DNA of 62,004 nt, filler included, from Hausera hauseri (taxonomy: Eukaryota): the NCBI GenBank assembly GCA_046269625.1. It is 11 parts of 11 records of this genome, joined end to end, with 100 filler letters (N's around TTAATTAATTAA, not from the genome) between each part and the next. Parts side by side here need not be neighbours in the genome. Positions count along the whole stretch, not along the records: positions 38,963 to 52,397 come from JBJURY010810975.1; 10 more parts are not named here. One strand, given 5' to 3'. A model generated the notes under the pieces. It did no database searches, was not told where the DNA came from, and saw nothing but the letters and a program-made list of their open reading frames with translations. How positions within the stretch are numbered: position 1 is the first letter of the stretch; every line of letters starts with the position of its first letter. Position numbers and translations under genes: made by a program. Positions 38,963 to 47,719 of the stretch are shown here, piece after piece.

Positions 38963-39925
38963 ACTCAAGGAGCAATAAAACCAGATAAAGAACGGGCTAA
39001 CATAACGAAACTAGATGACATAGTACAATCGATGGACCCAATCAAATGGGTATTAAATGAAAATATAGCCAATATTTCAGCTAATAAGAACGACAAATGT
39101 ATCCAAATAGACACAAAAGGAAGACTGTCCAGTAAACAAGAAATCTCAGTCCAATTTACGAAATTAAAGGAGTCAAGTCCAATGCCTGAATATTGTAGTC
39201 TAAAGATCACAAATCTTAGCATCTGTTGTAAAATTGCAGCATGTCATGAATATAGGATTCATTTTGACCTCTATAGAACCCAAATAAATAGATCGAGTAT
39301 CTATTTAGGAAGATATTATCCAGACAATAGAATCTGGAAAACTTCGGTTGAAACGACTACAACTAGCCGAACTGTCCCAGTAAGCACTACTGTTAGGCTT
39401 ACTATGACAAAAAAAGATGAACAAGAAGAAATTACTTAAGATTCCGGTAAATACTCTGCGCAGCAACACAAAATACTATTTTCAGTGGAAGAGAAACTCA
39501 ACTATAATATCGAAATATACTGTCGTACTATGTATAAAAGTGTGAAAACAACTTTATGGAAAGGCTCATATCACACTGAATGTAACTCATTAGTATCCAA
39601 GACAGAATACATAATCCAAATGCATGCAAAAGATGCTCAGAGTCAGACGCTCACAATACAGACCCTAGAAGAACTACAAATAGCACCATATGGAGACAAA
39701 AACACAAAACAAGAAATAACTACAGAGATAACAATTACAAAACCCAAAGGATTGACCACATTATCAATAGTAATGGTCGTAAGTCTGTCAACGCTTGTGT
39801 TTATAATATGTCTTGCGACATTTCGATTAGTTGCCGTAAATTGTCATACTAAGCGTACCAAAATCGTAGAACGGAAATTAAGGGTATGGGAACCCCAAGA
39901 ATACGTCTATGATAAAATAACCTGA
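38963..39925 (+). pseudogene. Type I membrane protein: Cys domain, Thr-rich linker, FN3-like domain, TM, YDKIT tail
   Basis: ECNSLVSKTEYIIQMHAK (FN3 C-terminal signature) and TM LSIVMVVSLSTLVFIICLATFRLVAV. One frame break near 39440. Confidence 0.75.
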
Positions 39926-40043
39926 TTATTACAGATCGGGTTATTCTATCATCAAACAAAGAATTTGTTTTGGTTTAAAAACTATACTTTGTTTTGAGAT
40001 TAACCCTTACTGTCTATTGTTTAAATTGATAAGTATCCAGATG
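39909..40043 (+). promoter_or_regulatory. Conserved double hairpin plus branch-point/acceptor-like signal (copy A; homologs at 46150-46287 minus and 53740-53864 plus)
   Basis: Stems ATGATAAAATAACCTGAT/ATCGGGTTATTCTATCAT and AAACAAAG/CTTTGTTT, then GATTAAC and a T-rich tract before the ATG. Confidence 0.7.
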
Positions 40044-42530
40044 GATTGCGGAATCAGCCGACGTAGCATCGACAATCAATTGGGATCAGGAAGCAGCCGA
40101 CGTAGTATTGACGATCAGGTCAAAAAATCGAATTCAGGAAGGAGCCGACGTAGCATCGACGATTTCCTGCAGAATTGTGCAACAGTATTAATCCCTCCAT
40201 CTAAGTCAATCTTCCGACAAATCAATAACGAACTACTCGCAAAACAATTCGTGGAATACAAACGAACACATGAGATCCCAAATAACTTAAAAGGCAGTAC
40301 CGAGGAAAACCGGACAGTACGATTATATGCAATGAGAGAGGATAAGAACGTGCGAGCGTACGCATTAGAACAACTCGTTCAATACGAACCAGTATATTAC
40401 CAGAATATATTTATTCACTTAGCGGACGGAGGAATCTATTACAGATTAAAAGATCAAAGTTGGGACTCTGCGCAAGGACGCCAACACAGATATAGTATTT
40501 TCCTAATCATTAGCAGAGATTTCCACCATTACAATTGTGAATTAGAATTTCGAGTCGCCGCATTGCCTATCAAACTTATCATAGAAGTATGTTATGAAGG
40601 CGCACCATTTATCCAGTTACCACCATTACGATTCCATTAAAGGCCAACTGAGAAGGATCAAGACGACCACTTACACTCCTTCAAATTAGTCCAAGACGAT
40701 AGAAATGCCAGGATAATTACTGTAGATTACGGAGAAGCAGATGATGACGTCCCAATCGGGGTATCTGTACGAGAGACAGGAGGAACAGAAATCTACGCAG
40801 AATTGATCACTCCCAAGAAGAGAGTACGAGAAACTTGTCTAGAAGTTACTGGAATCAAAAAGGAGCAATTAGTTAACGGAAGAGACATCGAATTAGTTCG
40901 CAAAAAATTACTCCGTTGCCTGTATGGAAGTATACTTGTTGGATATCAAATAGAAAAGATCGTGGAAAGTTGAAATTACCCGATACCCACGTGAGTTGGG
41001 TTAGAGAAATCGAGACCCACCCAATAGTCATGCAGCAGATGGAACAAACCGTTCGCAAGAAGAATGGTTATTTACCACCGACAGTAGAAGGCCGATTTAA
41101 GCCAATGTTGGAAGCTATGAGTGAAGAAGACGTTCGAATTAATAGACTCTTTACAGCGAGCCAACGTTTCCAATATCTAAAAGATATATATTCAGGACTT
41201 AAATGGAAACACGAATGGACTTTCGATAACCCTAGACAAAATTTGCGAAACACAACAAACCCCGAAGGATTAATTTCCAAACACAGAAAGCATTTTAGGC
41301 CGTATTCCCCCGTCAGAATGGTTGAATCAACAACAAGGGACAAACAATTACCCCAGCACCAGTAAAAGCCCAAATTCAGAGGCGGCCGAGCAAAAATCTA
41401 AGGATCAAAAATAATTAAGGGTACCGACAAAACCCGAAAGAAACCAAAAAGGCAAAGAAGAAGCTACATTTTCCACGGGAAAAAGGAAACTATCCCTATA
41501 CGAATACTTATTCAAAAAGAAGAATAATGGAGAAGACAACCGAAAGGTAGTTGCAAAACCTGAAAAGCCTGAAAAGACAGAAACTTAAAACGAAATAATA
41601 AAAAAAGAATCTCCGAGCACCGAAACCCTAAATAACAAAAAAGAAATGCACTCCGAAGAAATAAAAAGAAAGAAGAGAATTCAAACCCAAAGGAGAAAAT
41701 CAGACAGCGATATCGTTACCATTGAAGTGAACGTCTTGAAAAAGAAAATATTAGAAGAAAATGTGTATTTCTCCACGAACAAAGAATTTCCCAGACTACT
41801 CTTAACGGCCGAATATTGTAGCCATAAGAAAATAAAGGAAGCAATGTTCTATGTGAAAAACGCTGGAATACAAGAAACACCAGATGGAGCATACGCTTGG
41901 GAAAATCTCAGCATAGGAAATTATTTAGCCCCAATTTTTTGGTCCAAAAGGACTGGAAAGCTGTTTCTTCCTGTGAACAACCAAATTAAACTAATGTTTA
42001 AAAGGCAATATCAAGCTTACCAAAAGGAAGGTGAGATTCCCGACTTAGATAAAGAAACCATTATGGACTGGACATTAGTCCCAGTAAATTATGATCCTAA
42101 AAAGAGTTCAATTAACACCCAACAAAAAGAACTATACGGTTACCTATATTCCGATCAAGACGGACTAATATTTGAACGAATCCAGATTATACCCAAGGTT
42201 GACTTGGACGATGACGGAAACACGAATGAGAATGAAGACACTTGCCCAGTATGTAACGAGAATATCTGGCAAGGTTACGTTAAATTGGACAACCAAGCGT
42301 GTAGACACAGATACTGTCGCACGTGTTTAGAGACGTGGACGTTGGATAACGGAAAAACGACATGTCCAGTATGCCTAGCCGAGGCTGATGGGTTAAAATT
42401 TTTTTCGAACGGTGAGTGTAACAGATCCGTTCCTATACAAAGTCAGCCCAGTACTAACTATACAATAGAGGTGGAACAAGTTGACGACAGTAGTCTCCGG
42501 AGTAGACTGGACCTACTGCGCCGACAGTAA
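40041..42530 (+). pseudogene. Accessory ORF (about 830 codons): unknown N-domain, DEDDh-like exonuclease fold, Lys/Glu-rich linker, unknown domain, C3HC4 RING
   Basis: RIITVDYGE...VSVRETGG..I..P...VTGIKKEQL..G..I..V....L.G.ILVGY, and CPVC-x15-CRH..C..C-x12-CPVC. Broken by a few stops and frameshifts. Confidence 0.8.
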
Positions 42531-42590
42531 TCGGGCGCCATCTTTCCTGACACAATCGGCACATGCGAGGTGTCGTTCAGGGAGGAGAAA

Positions 42591-43359
42591 TGTTACGATT
42601 ATACATTTTGTAAAGTACGATTATGATAGCTTGCTAAAATTTAGATAAAATGCAATTAGTTTATATTAATATTCGATAGTTGTATTAATATTCGCCAATT
42701 GATAATAATTATGTAATGCGAAAAAACAGGTGTAAATCAAAAGAATTTGTACGTAATCGGAAAGAACGGATTTTAATTATTAGTTAATTGATCGAAAGTG
42801 ATGTAATCGCAAAATGGGTGTAGTATAAATAGAGACAGATTTACAGAATAGTCAGAAAGTTTTTCTGAGTTAGATCCGACAGCGATAACACAGAAAACCG
42901 AAACGTGACATTCGAAGTTAACGTATTCCAGAAGCATCAGAGGATAAAGTGCCCGAGACCTACTGTGGTGAACAAATGGATTACTCAACCGATAGCAAGA
43001 TATTGAAGTACAGGGGACGAACTGTTCAGTAGACAGAATCATTGCGAAATTGTTGATATTTATTTGGGTATTAATTATATTTTGTGTATAAAAGTGTTAA
43101 CTTATTTCTTATAGTTTCCATCGATTCTTAAAATCGATTTGACAACCCTAAGATTGTAAAATTACACTTAACTTATATAGATAAGAGAGATTCTTTTCAA
43201 ACTACGCACAGGACATAGCACGCAGTACCCGTATAGAATCTTAAATCGTAAGGCACATCCTGATTTACCGAGAACGGTAAACCGTACCTGTGTTATAAAA
43301 ATATTTTAAATTTATTGTTAGATAGTGGGAGAAGTTAGGGCCCAACCCAAAATCTAACA
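42591..43359 (+). repeat. 3' LTR of copy A (769 bp)
   Basis: Follows the PPT AGGGAGGAGAAA. Termini TGTTA...TAACA, TATAAATA at 42824. Shares AAAATCGATTT and GCACGCAGTAC with the copy C LTR. Confidence 0.88.
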
Positions 43360-43660
43360 CTTATATACTAATGCAACTGCGTACGTGACTGATTTCATTT
43401 ATTATTTTTGGAATTATAAAGTTTTTAACTTAATTGTTCGGTATTATCCGATTTAAAGATTAATATAAATTCAACGCTTTCTCCAAAAATTTTACAAAAT
43501 ATACCAAATTATTGCTAAATTCTTTCTCTATATTTGTACAAATTCCTAAGTTCGTACAATAATGATAAATACCATAAAATAATAATTATTTACAATTTGC
43601 TGCTGATAATAGTATTTACAATTTTTGGACGTCTTTGCAATACTGGACGTCTTTACAACA
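43360..43660 (-). repeat. Interrupted 3' LTR of copy B (first 301 bp)
   Basis: Minus strand PPT CAGGAGGAGAAA then TGTTG. Ends at TATATAAG, directly abutting the end of the copy A LTR. Confidence 0.8.
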
Positions 43661-46151
43661 TTTCTCCTCCTGAATGGCATCCTCGGATGTGCCTATTGCG
43701 TCAGGAGAGGTGCCGTGAGAACGAGGCGAACGTAATAATTCCATACGTTGTCTTAAACTGGTTTCAAAGCTGGTACTTGGTTGGCTTTCTCTGGGATTTG
43801 TTTCCAATTCGTAACTGTAGTATGGTTTTGTCCTAACTACCCGAGTATAACTACCGTTGGAATAGTAATTCAAATCAGCAGCCTCAGCTCTACATACTGG
43901 ACATGTGGTTTTTCCATTATCCAACGTACATTTCTCCATGCAGTCTCGGCAATATTTGTGTCGGCAATCCGGGTTATTTAGTTCTACATATCCTTGCTTC
44001 AGATTCGCCTCACATACGGGGCATTCATGCTCTTCTCTCTCATAATTTCGATAGGTTCTATTATCAACACTTCTTCATCTTGGTATAAGTAGGCATATAT
44101 TCTCTTCTGTTTCGGATTTATTGAGCTTTTCTTGGGATCACATCCCACGGTTATTAGAGTCCAATCGCTGATAGTACCTCGATTTAAATCGAGAACTTCA
44201 CCAGTCGATCGGTATTTTTGATATTGTTTCTTTAGTAACAACTTTATTGATTTATCCACGGGGACTAGAAGTTTGCCATATCGGTGCAACGTATTTTCCG
44301 ATCTTAGGATTTTCCCAGACATAAGTGTTCTCGTAGACTTGTCTGGCGGGCATTAATTTGACGAAAAACATCGCCTCTTTGATCCTTTGTTTACTATAGT
44401 ATTCTGTCGCAACCAACATTTTAGGATAATGCTTTGTAGTGGCGTAATGTATGTTGTCCGTAGAGTTCTTCTTCCGTAATATATTTATTTCCGTTATCCG
44501 TTCCTTCTGTTTGCTCGTTATCCTTGTAGACTTCTCAGTATGGGTTTGAATAGTCGTTTTTGATGATCTTTTTGCTTGTATTCTTGGACTGTTGGTTCGC
44601 TTTATTTTTGAATCCTTATTGTCTGATCTGCGCCCTTCTTTTGGTTCATTTTCCCATTTACTTTTTTTCTTGAATAAATATTTGAGGAAGGAGGTTTTCC
44701 TCTTAGCTATCTTTCCGATTTCGATTTCTGGAATTCTGTCTTTTTCTTCTAGGTACTTTCAGGGAACTTCGGGTATTTTAAATAAATTATTATTTTCAGC
44801 GTTCTCCATAGTTGACGCGGCGCAATAACTTGTACTTGGCCTTTCCTCTGTTTTTAGTTTATTTCCCGTTTTCTTGGTTCTCAATCCTTGGATCGTTATT
44901 TGATAATTCCACTTTGGTGTCATTTCGACGTTTCATGGTGGAGAGTATGGGCAGAAGTGTTTTTTGTATCGTGTACTGACCCCTTCAAGTTTGGGAAAAC
45001 TTCGTAGGTTCTGTCCGGGGTTATTGGGAATCCATTCATGTTCTCATCTTAATCCAGCGTTTGTGTCTCTTATATACTGGGATCGTTGACTAGCGATCAA
45101 CAGTCGGCTTATTTTTATGTTTCCTACGGTCATTGCCTCTACCATTAACTTAAATCGGCCTTCCACGGTCGGTGGTAGATGACCCTTTTTCTCTTTAACC
45201 TTGATATCCATTTGTCCCATTACAGTTGGGTGGGTCTCTATCTCTCTGATTCCGGCTAGGTGAGTTACTGGTATGTTTAATTCCTCTATCATTCTTTCTA
45301 CTTGATACCCCACTAAGACGTATCCGTATAGGCACTGTGCTACTTCCTTTTGCACTAATTTAGAATTTTTTCCGTGTATTAATTGTTCTCGTTTAATCCC
45401 AGTTACTTCTGCATAGGTTTCTTGTACTTTCTTTCTTGGGTTAATGATTTTCGAACAGACCTCGGCCCCATTTTCTTCTCGTATGAAAATTTCAATTGGG
45501 ATATAATTTCCTTCATCTCCTTCTCCATAGGCTATTGCGGCAATTCTGATGTTCCTGTCATCGGTTACTAATTTGAATGAGTGTAGATGCGCGTCCTGTT
45601 CTTCTTCAGTGGGCCTTTGCTTAAATTCTAAGGGCGGCAATGTAGTGGTTATTGTTTCCTCTTTAGTTATTTCGACTATCATTTTCACAGGTAATGCAGC
45701 TATACGAAATTCCAACTCGTAATTGTGGAAACTTCTACTGTTAAATACTAACGTGCTAAACCGGCTTTGTCTTCCTTTGGAATGAATCCCATTTTTGGTC
45801 TTTTAGCCGATAATAGATTTCCCCGTCGGCTAAGTGTACATATATTTTCTGTTCCTTGTCCGTTTGGTGCTGGGTGATCTGTTTCAAGGGGTATGCTCTG
45901 GCATCCTTATCTTCTCTCCATGCATATAAATATATAGCTCTGGCCTCTTCAGTTGTTTCTTTTAAATGGTTTTGTATATCGTCGATTTTTGTGTACTGAA
46001 TGAAGTTTTGTCCTTGCAATTCTGTGTTGATTTGCCTATAGATGGCTTTTGAGTTCGGGATACGTACAGTCACATACTGTTCCAAAAATTCGTCGATGCT
46101 AAGTCGGCTCGTATTTTTCTCATCGTCGATGCTAAGTCGGCTCGGGTTCAT
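43616..46151 (-). pseudogene. Accessory ORF copy B (DEDDh-like fold plus RING)
   Basis: IAAIAYGE...IINPRKKV...EVTGIKREQL..G.....VQKEVAQCLYGYVLVGY, and CPVCEANL...CRHKYCRDC...TCPVCR. Confidence 0.82.
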
Positions 46152-46270
46152 TTGGATCTGATTACTTACCAATCTGAAAAAAAGACATAAAGGTTAATCT
46201 TAAAACAAAGGATGGTCTTAAACTAAAACCAATTCTTTGTTTGATGATAGAATAACCTGGTCTGTAATTG

Positions 46271-47700
46271 TCAGGTTATTTTATCATACGGATCTACCGG
46301 GTTTTTCAATTCCCTTAATTCCCATTCGGAGTTTTTAGGACGCTTAGAATAACGGTTTTTGGTAACTAGTCGAAAAATCGCAATTAACATAATGAGAACA
46401 AACGTTGACAGTGCAGAGATGGATACGATCGACAGTGTAGTTAATCCCATTGGTGTTTGTGTGGTGACTAGAGTTGTGATTTCCTCATCTACATCCTCAT
46501 ATGAATGCTACTCTGCACGAGTTTCGCCTAAGGTACACAATGTGATGGTTTGGTTTTGTTTATTCTCTGCATGCACTTGTACTATGTATTCGGTTTGTGG
46601 TTTTAATAAGTTGCACTATGTTTGATAAGTATTTTCAAATAGCGTCACAATTTTATTATTATATGTTGTTTGACAACTTATTTATATATTGTAGTTTTGT
46701 TTCTTTTTCACAAATAACACAATTTTAGATCGATATGCCGAATATTTAATTGGAATGCTTCCTAATTCTCTTTTAGGCACACGGCTTGACGTAGCGGTTA
46801 CCGTAACGGCACTAACTCGAGTGGCTGGCTTTTTAGTGGTCAATTCTACTGTGATTTTCCATATTCAATTTTCTGGATAATAAGTTCGTAATTGTACACT
46901 TGATTTGTTAGGTCGTACCTCGTACAAGTCGAATTTTATTCTAAACTCTTGGTTCACGGGTAGTTTGCAACAAGGGTGTTGTACGCCTGCGCAAATAGAA
47001 CAATATTTTATTTTCAGAGTTGGTCTATTAGCTGCTTCGAATGTGATACTAATTTCTCGACTGATAGTTAACTCTGTTTGGGCATCTACTTGGATGCATT
47101 GTTTCTGCTTGTTTACAGAGATTCTCCAAATATTTTCGTCTAATAGTCTTACATCTGGGTCGGTAGATCGTAGCATTTCGCTGGGTTTTACTCCATGATG
47201 TCTGTTCCATGCATGAATGACTAATTGAAATTGTGGTTTTACTTCGATATAAACTTCGATTGAGTCTGGTAAGTATAGGCGATAAATAAGGTTATAAATA
47301 CGTCCAAAATCTATGTCGCAACTCTGCGTATTTTCTCCAGGCTCAAAATCACAATTCTTCGCTTCTTTCGTTGTTACATCATATAAACCAATCTGAAATC
47401 TTCCGAAATCGTGGTGTGGCCTCCAAGCCTAAAATCCAACACATACTGTATTTGGCGAGTAATAATGAATTGTCATTTATTGTAACAATTTAATATCTTC
47501 TTGTCTTTGAATTTCTTCGACTGTTGGTTTCTTCTTCGTTTTAATTGTTTCCGGTTTTGCTCCACTCTTCCGAATTCCATATATATCTCCTAACGTAGAT
47601 TCATCGTGCCACCTTTGAATCTGTGTTCGCAGAATATAAGAAGCAATTAATGATAATGCTAAAACTATCTGAACATATGATATTGGTCTAGCAATTATTG
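46271..47700 (-). pseudogene. Type I membrane protein copy B (signal-like segment, two Cys domains, FN3-like domain, TM, YDKIT)
   Basis: ISYVQIVLALSLIASYIL follows the integrase end KRYNLRQRK in frame. CNLLKPQTEYIVQVHAEN; TM GLTTLSIVSISALSTFVLIMLIAIF. Confidence 0.75.
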
Positions 47701-47719
47701 AGGAAGTTTTTACCTTACG

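Larger units (their letters stand above)
38963..43359 (+). mobile_element. Complex Gypsy-like element copy A: 3' half with complete 3' LTR
   Basis: Collinear homology to copies B and C over the membrane protein, accessory ORF, PPT and LTR. Confidence 0.9.

Noticed and set aside
39032-39925. The post-integrase membrane protein as a standard errantivirus (baculovirus F-like) Env
   Set aside because: No furin site plus fusion peptide pattern is visible. It has an FN3-like signature and a Thr-rich stalk instead.
40056-40163. Three spaced 18-bp direct repeats as a mini CRISPR array
   Set aside because: They are in-frame coding repeats with unequal short spacers, in a eukaryotic context with no cas genes.
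40680-41200. An active 3'-5' proofreading exonuclease
   Set aside because: The catalytic DEDDh residues are largely missing in all three copies.
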